Counted from the first letter of the stretch, positions 51,817-61,890 are shown. The stretch: 64,000 nucleotides of DNA from an uncultured Selenomonadales bacterium (GCA_947165295.1 CAMUZU010000006.1:20358-84357), one strand, 5' to 3'. Notes: generated from the letters alone by a model not told the origin. A program made the numbers and translations.

Positions 51817-52518
51817 ATGGAGCAATTAAATCGACGAATTGAGGCGTATTGGGACTCACGAAGCGAAAATTTAAGCAAAACGCGGCGTTTGGAGCTGTCG
51901 GGCGTCGATTCTGACGCTTGGGAGGCGATTTTTCGTCGAAATTTGCCGGTCGGACGCTTAAAAATCCTCGATGTGGGCACGGGCGCAGGATTTTTCGCGG
52001 CGATTTTGTCAAAAATGGGTCACGAAGTCACGGGAATTGATATGTCGGCGAAAATGTTGCGTGAAGCGGAAAAAAACCTGCGCAAAATGAATTTGGCGGC
52101 GGATTTTCGCAAAATGAACGCTCAAACGCTGGATTTTGCGTCGGAAACGTTCGATGCGGTCGTCACACGCAATTTAACGTGGACTTTGCCCGACGTGAAG
52201 GCGGCATATCGCGAATGGCACCGAGTTTTGAAGCGTAACGGCGGAATTTTGATGAATTTCGACTCCGATTACGGCGAAAAAAGCTTTTCAGCGTGTTCGC
52301 GAACGAAAATTTCGGCCGAAATGGTCTCTGAATGCGATTTTATCAAAGATTCGTTGACGATCAGCACGAAAAGGCGGCCATTTTGGGACGCGGGCTTTCT
52401 CGAAGGCTTAAATTTCGCCTCCGTGACGCTTGACGAAGACATTTCGGGCGTTGTGCAACGAGATTCGCGCTGTAATTACGATTCTGTGCCGTTATTCGCG
52501 GTTTTTGCGACGAAATAA
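51817..52518 (+). CDS. Class I SAM-dependent methyltransferase
   Basis: Motif I ILDVGTGAGFFAAILSKMGHEVTGIDMS. Confidence 0.8.
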   Translation: MEQLNRRIEAYWDSRSENLSKTRRLELSGVDSDAWEAIFRRNLPVGRLKILDVGTGAGFFAAILSKMGHEVTGIDMSAKMLREAEKNLRKMNLAADFRKMNAQTLDFASETFDAVVTRNLTWTLPDVKAAYREWHRVLKRNGGILMNFDSDYGEKSFSACSRTKISAEMVSECDFIKDSLTISTKRRPFWDAGFLEGLNFASVTLDEDISGVVQRDSRCNYDSVPLFAVFATK

Positions 52519-52601
52519 GCTTGCGAAACGAATTTCAAGGCGATTTTTACGTCGTCGACAAAAAAAATCATGCACAAATTGCAAATAAATGCTATAATCC
52601 G

Positions 52602-52637
52602 GGCTGAAACTCAACGAGTTTCGGCCAAATTTTTTTC
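52602..52637 (+). terminator. Intrinsic terminator after the methyltransferase gene
   Basis: 10-bp stem GGCTGAAACT/AGTTTCGGCC plus T7. Confidence 0.6.
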
Positions 52638-52656
52638 CGAGAGCGAGGAAACCGCC

Positions 52657-55600
52657 ATGAAAAGCCATTTGCCGCTCGATACGTCGAAGTTTGACGAACT
52701 TACAATCGGCATAATCATCTGCGAGCCTGTTTTTTCGGGCAAAACACTGCGCGACTATCGAATTATCTTCGGCAATGAAGCTTTTTCGCGGCTTTGGCAC
52801 GCATTTGGGCGCGAAAATGACTTTAACGGCGCGTTTTTAATCGAAAACGGCCTGTCGAGCGAGGAAAATTTGACTTCAAACACGTTTACGAAGAGATTTT
52901 GCGATAAAATCAGCGTTCACATGCAAAAAATTGACGATTTGCCCGCGCCTTACGTCGGATTTTACGTTTTAGACGTGTCTGACGGCGAAAAAACGTCTGC
53001 ACGCGAAGATTTTTTAAATTCAGTCCGCAAAATCGAAGGATCGGCGGTTCTCATGCGCGAAAATTCCGCCGGACGCCTCGAAATTGTCTTTGTGAGCAAA
53101 AATTTCGCCCGAATGATGGAATGTTCGGTTGAAAACGCGTTAAAACACCTCGAAAACCACGGAATTATTGCTTTTACGCATCCCGACGACCGAATTGCGG
53201 TCAAAAGAATGCTTCGACGCCGCATTTCGGAGGAAAACACGCGAGATTTGACGATTCGGCAGGTAACTTTGCGCGAAAATGTCGTTTGGTGCAATGTAAA
53301 TTACGTTTTCATCGACGATTTCGGCGAACATTACGTTTACTGCACGTTTTTTGACGTTACGAGCCTGAAAATTTACGCTCAACGCCTTCAAACGACGTAT
53401 ATGGCCATCGGAGACAACTTTTATCGCGCAAATGAGCGAACTTTATCGCTGTTTCGAGTGAATTTGACCCGAAATAAAGTCGAAGACATCCAAGGACGCG
53501 ACCTTTTCGGCACAGATTCGGTGATTCGCCCGTATTCTGAGCTGATTAACCTGCGTGCGACGAATTATCCGATAGTTGAAGAGCAAAAAACCTTCCTTGA
53601 GACGTTCAATCGCGAAAAAATCATTGAAAAATTCCTTCGCGGCGACACGGGAACGGCAATTTATCTGTTTTCGCGGCGAAAAGACGGCCGATATTGCTAC
53701 GTTCGCTATCGTGCGGTGTTCACACGCCACCCGATCTCGAATGAAATCATCATTTTTATCGCTGAACAGGAGGCCGGCAAGGAAAAAGTCGAAGGTGCGC
53801 TGCTTGACAAGATTTTGGCGCGGCAATTTGACATGGTTGCGTACATTGCGAACGAAAAATACAGCGTTGTCGTCGGTGATTCGGCGTTAATCGGCAAAGG
53901 TTCGATATTTCCGCTCACTCGCGAAGGCATTTACGAAGAATATTTGCGCGACCAGGTGTATCCGGTGCTTGAAGGCGACCACGAAGTCAAAAAAAATATC
54001 CGCGAAGCGTTGTCCGTGGACACGATTAAGAAAAATCTTGCGCAATCTGAGCCGTATGTCGTCAATATTGCCTGCAATATCGGCGGCGAAACGTTTTACA
54101 AGCGGCTGGATTTTTATTCGATTGACCCGCGAGCGGATTTTTTTATTCTGCTCAAGAGCGACACGACGGAAATTCAGCGCAAGCAGATTGAACAGAATGC
54201 CCGATTGAAGGCCGCGTTGACCGAAGCCAAACAAGCCAACGTCGCGAAAACGGCATTTTTGTCGCGCATGAGCCACGAAATCCGCACGCCGATGAACGCG
54301 ATAATCGGGCTGGACAACATTGCCTTGCACGAAGAAAATCTTTCGCCGACGTTGAAAGACCACCTCGAAAAAATCGGCTCAAGCGCACGTTATCTGCTGT
54401 CAATCATCAACGACATTTTGGACATGAGCCGCATTGAAAGCGGTCGAATGACTTTCCGCAACGAAGAATTTTCGTTTCCGTCGTTCGTCGAACAAATTAC
54501 GACGCTCGTCGAAGGTCAATGCCGCGACAAAGGTTTGACGTTTGCTTGTGAAACACGCGGCGCAATCGGCAAATATTACATCGGCGACGACACGAAACTT
54601 GAGCAAGTTTTGATTAACATCTTGGGCAACGCGGTCAAATTCACGGACGCGGGCGGCAAAGTTTCGCTGTTGATTGAATGCACCGCGCAATACGACGGGC
54701 AATCGAACTTCCGTTTCACCGTCAAAGACACCGGCATCGGCATGAGCAAAGATTATCTGCCGAAAATTTTTGAACCGTTCACGCAGGAGGACGACACGAC
54801 GACTTCGCGCTACGGCGGCTCCGGTCTCGGCATGGCGATAACGCGCAACATTGTCCAGATGATGAACGGCTCGATAATCGTTGAGTCCGAAAAAGGCGTT
54901 GGCACGGAGTTTGTCGTCAATGTCCCGCTGAAAGATTCAAGCCGCAGCGACGACGACAATTCCGAAGAAATGCGCCCGCAAGATTTTTCCGTGCTGATTG
55001 TCGACGACGAACCGCTTGCCCGTCAACACGCGCAATCCGTGCTGGAGGAAGTCGGCATTGCGTCCGAAACCTGCGCGAGCGGCAAGGAAGCTCTCGAACT
55101 GATTCAACTGCGCCACGCCCGCCGCGAAGACTACAACTTGATTCTCGTCGATTGGCTCATGCCCGAACAGGACGGCATTGAGTTGACCCGCGAAATCCGA
55201 AAAGTTATCGGCAACGACATGGCGGTTATCGTGTTGACCGCTTACGACTGGTTTGAAGTCGAAGCCGACGCGATTAAAGCCGGCGTCGATACCTTCATGG
55301 CAAAACCGCTTGACGCCAACAACGTCCTGTACGAATTCCAACAGGCTTTCCACCGCAAGAAACAAATTCAGCCCGAAAAGAAACTTGCCGCGCTTGAAGG
55401 CAGAAAAATTCTCGTCGTCGAAGACATGCCCGTCAATGCCGAAATCATGATGATGATTCTTGAAATGCGCGGGATGATCTCCGACGTTGCCGAAAACGGG
55501 AAAATCGCCGTCGACAAATTTGCCGCCTCGCCGCCGAAACTTTACGACGCGATTTTGATGGACATCCGAATGCCCGTCATGGACGGATTGGCAGCCGCCG

Positions 55601-55779
55601 CCGCGATTCGCGAACTTGACCACCCCGACGCAAAAACCGTGCCGATTATCGCAATGACTGCCAACGCCTTCGACGAAGATGTTCAACGCTCACTCAAGGC
55701 CGGCATGAACGCGCACTTGACAAAGCCCGTCGACCCCGAACAACTTTACAAAACCTTGCAAGAACTTATTCGCGACTGA
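52657..55779 (+). CDS. Hybrid sensor histidine kinase with PAS-like sensor region and two receiver domains
   Basis: H-box FLSRMSHEIRTPMNAIIG, N/G boxes (GNAVKFT, GGSGLGMAI), REC1 VLIVDDEP...DWLMPEQDG, REC2 ILVVEDMP...DIRMPVMDG...TKP. Confidence 0.9.
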   Translation: MKSHLPLDTSKFDELTIGIIICEPVFSGKTLRDYRIIFGNEAFSRLWHAFGRENDFNGAFLIENGLSSEENLTSNTFTKRFCDKISVHMQKIDDLPAPYVGFYVLDVSDGEKTSAREDFLNSVRKIEGSAVLMRENSAGRLEIVFVSKNFARMMECSVENALKHLENHGIIAFTHPDDRIAVKRMLRRRISEENTRDLTIRQVTLRENVVWCNVNYVFIDDFGEHYVYCTFFDVTSLKIYAQRLQTTYMAIGDNFYRANERTLSLFRVNLTRNKVEDIQGRDLFGTDSVIRPYSELINLRATNYPIVEEQKTFLETFNREKIIEKFLRGDTGTAIYLFSRRKDGRYCYVRYRAVFTRHPISNEIIIFIAEQEAGKEKVEGALLDKILARQFDMVAYIANEKYSVVVGDSALIGKGSIFPLTREGIYEEYLRDQVYPVLEGDHEVKKNIREALSVDTIKKNLAQSEPYVVNIACNIGGETFYKRLDFYSIDPRADFFILLKSDTTEIQRKQIEQNARLKAALTEAKQANVAKTAFLSRMSHEIRTPMNAIIGLDNIALHEENLSPTLKDHLEKIGSSARYLLSIINDILDMSRIESGRMTFRNEEFSFPSFVEQITTLVEGQCRDKGLTFACETRGAIGKYYIGDDTKLEQVLINILGNAVKFTDAGGKVSLLIECTAQYDGQSNFRFTVKDTGIGMSKDYLPKIFEPFTQEDDTTTSRYGGSGLGMAITRNIVQMMNGSIIVESEKGVGTEFVVNVPLKDSSRSDDDNSEEMRPQDFSVLIVDDEPLARQHAQSVLEEVGIASETCASGKEALELIQLRHARREDYNLILVDWLMPEQDGIELTREIRKVIGNDMAVIVLTAYDWFEVEADAIKAGVDTFMAKPLDANNVLYEFQQAFHRKKQIQPEKKLAALEGRKILVVEDMPVNAEIMMMILEMRGMISDVAENGKIAVDKFAASPPKLYDAILMDIRMPVMDGLAAAAAIRELDHPDAKTVPIIAMTANAFDEDVQRSLKAGMNAHLTKPVDPEQLYKTLQELIRD

Positions 55780-55782
55780 CGC

Positions 55783-55955
55783 CGCGACGGTAACCGACCG
55801 TCAAACGTCAAACACACTAACGAGCAAATCTTAGCGACAACATTTCGGCAACGAGGCCGCACAGGACGTGCGGCCGCCCGACGTACGACGCGTGACGCGG
55901 AGTCCGTCGGGCTGTTTTCTTTTGCTACTTTTCTTTTGCGCCAAAAGAAAAGTAG
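55783..55955 (+). repeat. Mosaic three-hairpin intergenic repeat, copy 4 (diverged)
   Basis: Same 5' CGCGACGGTAACCGACCGTCA, HP1 GGCCGCAC-aggac-GTGCGGCC, HP2 GCCCGACG...CGTCGGGC, HP3 CTACTTTTCTTTTG-cgc-CAAAAGAAAAGTAG. Confidence 0.7.
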
Positions 55956-55963
55956 ATAAACCG

Positions 55964-56413
55964 CTACCAACGTAACTTGCGTTGCCAGGCAAGCAAATCT
56001 TTCTTGCTCAGCGGCAAATCAATCGACTGCCCGTTGTCATAATAAAATTTCACGCGCACTTCTTTGGCGACAAGCAAATCTTTCAAACTCGAACGCGGCA
56101 GATGCGTAAAAAATTTATTCTCGTTGCGCAAACCCTTCGATGTCTGCTTCGTGATGATGTCCAGCTCCCAGGGCGCGCCGTCGGTGAAAAGAATCGCCTT
56201 GTTCAAAAGCCGCGCATTGTCGTAACGATAATCCCACAGGCTCAGCGTCGCGCTCTCCCAGTTGCCGTCGCCGTCGCGTGCAACCTGAAACTCCGTCGCC
56301 GCGTACCTGTCCAAAGTTTCGGCTTCGCGGTGGTCGTGGTGCCAAGTGTAACTTGCGCCGAAAATGCCCAGCACAATCAGCGAAACGCCCACGCCGAACA
56401 AAATTTTTTGCAT
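55964..56413 (-). CDS. Hypothetical membrane-anchored protein
   Basis: 149 aa from ATG 56413 after GGAGGT, with a single N-terminal TM (ILFGVGVSLIVLGIFGA). Confidence 0.55.
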   Translation of the reverse strand: MQKILFGVGVSLIVLGIFGASYTWHHDHREAETLDRYAATEFQVARDGDGNWESATLSLWDYRYDNARLLNKAILFTDGAPWELDIITKQTSKGLRNENKFFTHLPRSSLKDLLVAKEVRVKFYYDNGQSIDLPLSKKDLLAWQRKLRW

Positions 56414-56507
56414 AACCGACCTCCGCTTGTGCTTTACATTTTGAGCGTTCTTATAGTACAATACACGCGGTGTATTTTTCAATAATTTTTTCGGGGGGAG
56501 TTTTCTT

Positions 56508-56891
56508 ATGCTCAGGCCGCGTTTTGAAGACGAAGACGAAGTTTATATTCCGGAGATAGGCGACGACAATTCCGACTTTAACAGCGTTCACGACAGAGTT
56601 CCGCATTCCAATGCGGGTGTCGCGCTCGGTTGGTCGGCTCTTGAACAGCAGATGTTCGACATGTTGCTGTTGAATCGTTTCGCCGCCGACGATCAGGAAT
56701 TGCTTGACGAAACGGCACGCACAATTTCCCGACTGGTTGAAACTTTCGAGGCTCACGAAATCGCCCGAATCATGGCGGTCGCAATGATGTCCTTCCAGCT
56801 TGCCGCGTCCGAAGAAAAATCTTTCGAGGACGAATACAACAAGTACCGCGATTATATCAAAAAGCACCCCGAAGACGTCGAAGAAATTTAA
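56508..56891 (+). CDS. Hypothetical acidic protein
   Basis: 127-aa ORF followed by a terminator. No motif recognised. Confidence 0.5.
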   Translation: MLRPRFEDEDEVYIPEIGDDNSDFNSVHDRVPHSNAGVALGWSALEQQMFDMLLLNRFAADDQELLDETARTISRLVETFEAHEIARIMAVAMMSFQLAASEEKSFEDEYNKYRDYIKKHPEDVEEI

Positions 56892-56917
56892 ACGTTCGAC
56901 AACACGATTGAACGCAA

Positions 56918-56946
56918 GGCCGCGACAGTTCGCGGTCAAATTTTTT
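56918..56946 (+). terminator. Intrinsic terminator after 56508..56891
   Basis: GGCCGCGA-CAGT-TCGCGGTC, then AAATTTTTT. Confidence 0.6.
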
Positions 56947-56958
56947 GGAGGTGTTACC

Positions 56959-58125
56959 TTGGCTTTACGTGAAGAAATGCTTGAGATGCTCTACTCAACC
57001 TGCGTCGAAGAAGAAGTTTGCGAAATCAGCGGCGATTTGACGGTTGCCTTTTCGCTGTGCAAGATGAATCGCTCAAACGTTTACATCGTCGCCGAAAACG
57101 ACTTGCACACTTACGTTAGACTGTTCAAAAGCTACGGTCTCAACGTTCACCGCGTCGTTTGCGCCCGGTCGAAAGAGTTTCAACGCGTCGACGACGTGGA
57201 CATTGTTTCGCCCGAAGATTTGCTGACGGACATGACGCCGCGAAAATTTTTCTTCGTCTTCCCCGACGCCGCCGACGGAAAATTTTTCGAGACACAAGCC
57301 GCCGATATTCCCGCCGCCGATATTCCGAACTTGAATTTTTTCGTCACGCCATACAACGCACAAAGGCTGAATTTAAATTCGGTTGAAAAATTCGATGCGA
57401 ACAGCATGTTTTACTATCAGTCGCACAAACGCGAACTTATGGAGTTGTTTGATTCGCTTGCCGACGAAACTTCCAAACGTGCGCTGTTTCATTACGTCGA
57501 AAGTTACGTGCGCAACTGCGTTTATCGCGGCGAACAAAATCCGACGATGTGCAAATACTTCTTCGGCAGCAAAAACGAGCAACTTTACAAGCACCTTGAC
57601 GGCGAAGTCTGGATTAATTGCGGCGCGAATACGGGCGACACGGTTTTTCAGTACTTGAGCTTCGACTTCAAGCCGAAAAAGATTTACGCTTTCGAGGGCG
57701 ACACGGAAATTTACGGCCGCATGTTGAACAACCTTAAACTTCTGCCGTCGGACAAACGTGCGCTTGTCGAGCCGATTAACAAATTCGTTGACGAGTCGAC
57801 CAACTTCAAGAAAATTTTGGCGGGCAACAAATGTACGTTGCTCAACGCCGACATCGAAGGCGCGGAGTTGCCGTTCCTGCACGCTACGGAAAGAATCATT
57901 CGTGCCGACCGCCCCGTCATTGCGATTTGTCTGTATCACCTCAAGGAAGACTTGTTGACCGTGCCGCAGTTCCTGCAGTCGATTTGCACCGATTATGTTT
58001 GGTACATGCGAAAGTACACGCCGTATGTCGGCAGTCTCAAAAAAGTTCATGAGTTGCTGTTCTACGCCGTGCCGGTTGAACGAAGTTTCATAACCCCCCC
58101 CGTTTCAGCAGATCGCGTCTCGTAA
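56959..58125 (+). CDS. FkbM-family methyltransferase with an N-terminal extension
   Basis: WINCGANTGDTVFQYL...IYAFEGD...LLNADIEGAELPFL pattern. TTG lies 7 nt after GGAGGT. Confidence 0.7.
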   Translation: MALREEMLEMLYSTCVEEEVCEISGDLTVAFSLCKMNRSNVYIVAENDLHTYVRLFKSYGLNVHRVVCARSKEFQRVDDVDIVSPEDLLTDMTPRKFFFVFPDAADGKFFETQAADIPAADIPNLNFFVTPYNAQRLNLNSVEKFDANSMFYYQSHKRELMELFDSLADETSKRALFHYVESYVRNCVYRGEQNPTMCKYFFGSKNEQLYKHLDGEVWINCGANTGDTVFQYLSFDFKPKKIYAFEGDTEIYGRMLNNLKLLPSDKRALVEPINKFVDESTNFKKILAGNKCTLLNADIEGAELPFLHATERIIRADRPVIAICLYHLKEDLLTVPQFLQSICTDYVWYMRKYTPYVGSLKKVHELLFYAVPVERSFITPPVSADRVS

Positions 58126-58171
58126 TCTTTCGGATTCGGGTTCGTGACAAACAAGTTCCACGTGTTATAAT

Positions 58172-58203
58172 GACCGCGTCAAATTCGCGGTCAATTTTTT
58201 TTT
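58172..58203 (+). terminator. Intrinsic terminator after the FkbM gene
   Basis: GACCGCG-7 nt-CGCGGTC plus T9. Confidence 0.75.
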
Positions 58204-58216
58204 GGAGGACAGCTGT

Positions 58217-59299
58217 ATGATTAGATTCACAAGCGGCGGCGAAAGTCACGGTTCGCGGCTCGTTTGCATTTTGGAAGGTCTGCCTGCGGGCGTCAAAGTT
58301 TCAAGCGATTTCGTCAACGGCGAACTCAAACGTCGGCAAGGCGGCTACGGACGCGGCGGGCGCATGAAAATCGAAAGCGACACCGTCGAATTTCTGTCGG
58401 GCGTGCGTTTCGGCGAAACGATTGGTTCACCGATAACTTTAAGCGTCATCAATCGCGATTGGGCGAATTGGTCACAGCGTATGAGCGCGGAAGGTCACGA
58501 ATTCGGCGAACGCGTCACCAATGCCCGACCCGGTCACGCGGACTTGACGGGCGCGGCGAAATTTGCCCGACGTGACGTGCGCGACATTTTGGAACGCTCC
58601 AGTGCCCGCGAAACGACAATGCGCGTTGCGGCGGGTGCCTTGTGCAAAATGTTTCTGCAAACGTGCGGCGTCGAAATTTCAAGCAAAGTTTTGACTGTCG
58701 GCGGCGTGTCGGGTGACGACGAAATTAAATCGCGCATTGACGAGGCGAAGTCACGCGGCGACACCGTCGGCGGCATTTTTGAAGTCACCGTCAAAGGCGT
58801 GCCCGCAGGTCTCGGCAGTCACATTCAATGGGACAGAAAACTCGACGCGAAATTTGCGGCGGCGTTCATGTCGATTCAGGCGGTCAAAGCTGTTGAACTC
58901 GGCGACGGTTTTGCCAACGCGTCAAAATTCGGCAGTCAAGTTCACGACGAAATTTTTCTGCGCGACGGCAAGATTTTTCGCGAAACGAATCGTGCGGGCG
59001 GCTTTGAAGGCGGCATGTCCAACGGCGAAGATTTAATTATCCGCGCCGCAATGAAACCGATTCCGACGTTGATGACTCCGCTTCGCACCGTCGACATTGC
59101 CACGCGTCAACCGACGACGGCCAGCAAAGAACGTTCCGACACCTGCGCGATTTGGGCGGCTGCGGTCGTCGGCGAGGCGATGGCGGCTATCGTCACGGCT
59201 GATGCGTTCGTCGAAAAATTCGGCGGCGACGCGCTTTGTGACACGTTGGCGAACCTGCAAACTTATCGCAAACGTTTGGCGGAGGACTTCGGCTTATGA
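58217..59299 (+). CDS. aroC: Chorismate synthase
   Basis: FTSGGESHGSRLVCILEGLPAG..., RPGHAD, GGMSNG. Confidence 0.93.
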   Translation: MIRFTSGGESHGSRLVCILEGLPAGVKVSSDFVNGELKRRQGGYGRGGRMKIESDTVEFLSGVRFGETIGSPITLSVINRDWANWSQRMSAEGHEFGERVTNARPGHADLTGAAKFARRDVRDILERSSARETTMRVAAGALCKMFLQTCGVEISSKVLTVGGVSGDDEIKSRIDEAKSRGDTVGGIFEVTVKGVPAGLGSHIQWDRKLDAKFAAAFMSIQAVKAVELGDGFANASKFGSQVHDEIFLRDGKIFRETNRAGGFEGGMSNGEDLIIRAAMKPIPTLMTPLRTVDIATRQPTTASKERSDTCAIWAAAVVGEAMAAIVTADAFVEKFGGDALCDTLANLQTYRKRLAEDFGL

Positions 59300-59817
59300 A
59301 AGACAACGTGATTTTGACCGGCTTCATGGGCACTGGCAAGACCAGTCTCGGCAAAGTTTTGGCGTCGAAACTCGGTCGCCCGTTCGTCGACATTGACCGC
59401 AAGATTGAGGCCGAACAGAAACTTTCCATCCCGAAAATTTTTGAGCAATTCGGCGAAGAACATTTCCGTGAACTTGAGCGTGCGGCAGTTCGTGAACTCA
59501 GCGAACGTCGCGGGCTTGTCATTGCCACGGGCGGCGGCACCGTCAAAGACGCGGAAAATCTTCGGCTGCTGAAAAATTCGGGCGTCGTCATCTGCTTGAC
59601 ATGTTCGCCCGAAGAAATTCTTTCGCGGACACAACGGCGCGGCGAACGTCCCGTGCTTGACGGCGGCGGCTCGGAGCGCTTGGAGACGATTAAACGCTTG
59701 CTTGCCGAACGCAAAGAATTTTATGACCGCGCAGATTATCAAGTCGATACAACGAATTGGTCGCCGCTGCAAATTGTCGACGACATCTGCAAACATCTGC
59801 GACAGTTCAGGAGTTGA
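59296..59817 (+). CDS. aroK: Shikimate kinase
   Basis: ILTGFMGTGKTSLGKVLA...FVDID. Confidence 0.92.
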   Translation: MKDNVILTGFMGTGKTSLGKVLASKLGRPFVDIDRKIEAEQKLSIPKIFEQFGEEHFRELERAAVRELSERRGLVIATGGGTVKDAENLRLLKNSGVVICLTCSPEEILSRTQRRGERPVLDGGGSERLETIKRLLAERKEFYDRADYQVDTTNWSPLQIVDDICKHLRQFRS

Positions 59818-59821
59818 CGAC

Positions 59822-60907
59822 ATGGACACGGTTAAAGTTAATCTCGGCGCGAACGCTTACGAAATTTTTATCGGCGCGGACATCTTGGGCAACGTCGGAA
59901 ATTTCGTCGCGAACAAGTTCACCAAAGCTCTGCTCGTCACGCAACAAAACATTTTCGACTTGCACGGGCGGACTTTGCTTGACGGGCTTGACGCGGCGAA
60001 AGTTTCTTACACGGTCGCCACAATTCCCGACGGCGAAACTTCCAAAAGTCTGCGCGAGGCGGAAAAACTTTACACGCGGGCGATTGAATTCGGGCTCGAC
60101 AGAAAATCCGTCGTGATTGCGTTCGGCGGCGGCGTTGTCGGTGACTTGGCGGGCTTCGTTGCGGCGACATTTCTGCGCGGCGTCGGGCTGATTCAAATTC
60201 CCACGACGTTGCTTGCTCAAGTTGACTCAAGCGTCGGCGGCAAGACGGCTGTCAATCACCCGCTCGGCAAAAATTTAATCGGCGCGTTTCACCAGCCGCG
60301 TGCGGTTTTCGCGGACTTGAATTGTTTGGCGACGCTCGACGCCCGCGAAATTAAATCCGGGCTCGGCGAAGTCGTCAAGTACGGCGTCATCAGCGACGAA
60401 AATTTTTTCGCGTACCTGGAAGTCAACGCCGATAAAATTCTGCGCGGCGACGTTCAAACTTTGGCGCACGTCGTCAAGCGTTCCTGCGAACTCAAGGCCG
60501 AAGTTGTCGCGGCGGACGAACGCGAATCAAACCTGCGGCGGATTTTGAATTTCGGTCACACGTTGGCACACGCCGTCGAAGAGCAAACCGCTTACGCGAA
60601 ATTTCGGCACGGTGAGGCTGTCGCAATCGGCATGGTTGCTGCGGCACGAATCAGTTGCGAACTCGGCAAAACTTCTGCGGCCAACGTCACGCGGCTCGAA
60701 AATCTTTTGCGGCGTTTGGACATGGTCACCACGTGCGACGGGCTTGACGCGGAGAATTTGTACGCCGTCACCTTCCGCGACAAAAAAACCGTCGGCGGCA
60801 AGGTCAACTGGGTGCTCATGAAAAATTTCGGCGACGTTGAAATTTGCGGCGACGTGCCCGCTTCCGTCGTCAAAAAAATATTCGGAGGTCTTTGCGGTGG
60901 ACATTGA
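59822..60907 (+). CDS. aroB: 3-dehydroquinate synthase
   Basis: GGGVVGDLAGFVAATFLRGV..IQIPTTLLAQVDSSVGGKT, LNFGHTLAHA. Confidence 0.93.
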   Translation: MDTVKVNLGANAYEIFIGADILGNVGNFVANKFTKALLVTQQNIFDLHGRTLLDGLDAAKVSYTVATIPDGETSKSLREAEKLYTRAIEFGLDRKSVVIAFGGGVVGDLAGFVAATFLRGVGLIQIPTTLLAQVDSSVGGKTAVNHPLGKNLIGAFHQPRAVFADLNCLATLDAREIKSGLGEVVKYGVISDENFFAYLEVNADKILRGDVQTLAHVVKRSCELKAEVVAADERESNLRRILNFGHTLAHAVEEQTAYAKFRHGEAVAIGMVAAARISCELGKTSAANVTRLENLLRRLDMVTTCDGLDAENLYAVTFRDKKTVGGKVNWVLMKNFGDVEICGDVPASVVKKIFGGLCGGH

Positions 60908-61724
60908 GATTCGTGACGACTTCGACTTGAAAAAAATCGTCAACAGCGGGCAATGTTTTCGCCCGACGGAAATTCGCGACGGTTGGTATCGCTTCGTCGT
61001 CGGCGAAAAAATTTTGCACATCCGTAAGCGCGGCGAAAATGTCTTCGAGGTTGACTGCACGGCGGACGATTGGCAACGCGTCTGGACGACTTACTTTGAC
61101 TTGACGACGAATTACGCGGACATTCGGCGCGACATTGAAACTTTTGCTCACGGCAGGACTTGCGAAAAATTTCTGCGCGACGCGGTGAATTTCGGCGCGG
61201 GCATTCGGATTCTGCGGCAAGCCCCGTTCGAGATGCTCATAAGCTACATCATCAGCCAACGCAAAAATATTCCCGCGATTCGTTCAAGCGTCGAAAAAAT
61301 TTGTGCGCGATTCGGGCGGAGCGTCGATACGAATTTCGGCGAAGTTCATCTGTTCCCGACCGTCGACGACATTTCTGCCGCGACGCTCGACGACTTGACG
61401 GGACTCGGTCTGGCTTACCGCAAAGCTTACATTTTGGACGCGGTGAAAAAAGTTTCTTCGGGCGAACTTGACTTGACCGCGCTTGAAAATTTTTCGGACA
61501 CGGAGCTTGTCGACACGCTCAAAAAAATTCACGGTGTCGGCGACAAAATTGCCAACTGCGTCGCGCTGTTCGCGTATCACCGCGTCGACCGTGCGCCCGT
61601 GGACGTGTGGATTAAGCGTGCGATTGAGCGGGACTTCGGCGGCGAAAATATTTTCGACACGTTCGGCGACAACGCGGGAATTCTTCAGCAATACGTTTTC
61701 CACTTCAAGCGGACACATCGCTGA
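60897..61724 (+). CDS. ogg: HhH-GPD DNA glycosylase (8-oxoguanine glycosylase-like)
   Basis: GIRILRQAPFEMLISYIISQRKNI..., HGVGDKIANCVALFAY...APVDVWI. GTG follows GGAGGT and overlaps the aroB end. Confidence 0.75.
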   Translation: MDIEIRDDFDLKKIVNSGQCFRPTEIRDGWYRFVVGEKILHIRKRGENVFEVDCTADDWQRVWTTYFDLTTNYADIRRDIETFAHGRTCEKFLRDAVNFGAGIRILRQAPFEMLISYIISQRKNIPAIRSSVEKICARFGRSVDTNFGEVHLFPTVDDISAATLDDLTGLGLAYRKAYILDAVKKVSSGELDLTALENFSDTELVDTLKKIHGVGDKIANCVALFAYHRVDRAPVDVWIKRAIERDFGGENIFDTFGDNAGILQQYVFHFKRTHR

Positions 61725-61731
61725 ACTGCGA

Positions 61732-61842
61732 CGGCAATCAAAAAGACGGGGTCGCTTTAAAAGCGACGGAACACTTGATGTTATCCGCGACGTTTCCACT
61801 GCCGAAGCAAATTCGCCGAACTTCGGCAATCAAAAAGACGGG
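61732..61842 (+). mobile_element. GCTTTAAAAGC-hairpin element (73 nt) flanked by 19-bp direct repeats downstream of ogg
   Basis: DR CGGCAATCAAAAAGACGGG at 61732-61750 and 61824-61842. The insert reads GTCGCTTTAAAAGCGACGGAACACTTGATGTTATCCGCGACGTTTCC... Confidence 0.65.
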
Positions 61843-61866
61843 CAACTTTTGGTTGCTCGCCTTTTA
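61832..61866. terminator. Bidirectional terminator (ogg / SH3 paralog 1)
   Basis: A5, GACGGGCAAC/GGTTGCTCGCC hairpin, T4. Confidence 0.45.
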
Positions 61867-61890
61867 AAGTGGCCGGGAGTCTGTCGAAAA

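Noticed and set aside
6972-61770. I considered whether the recurring GCTTTAAAAGC hairpins are CRISPR repeats.
   Set aside because: The copies are dispersed tens of kilobases apart, one per intergenic junction, with no regular spacer array and no cas genes.
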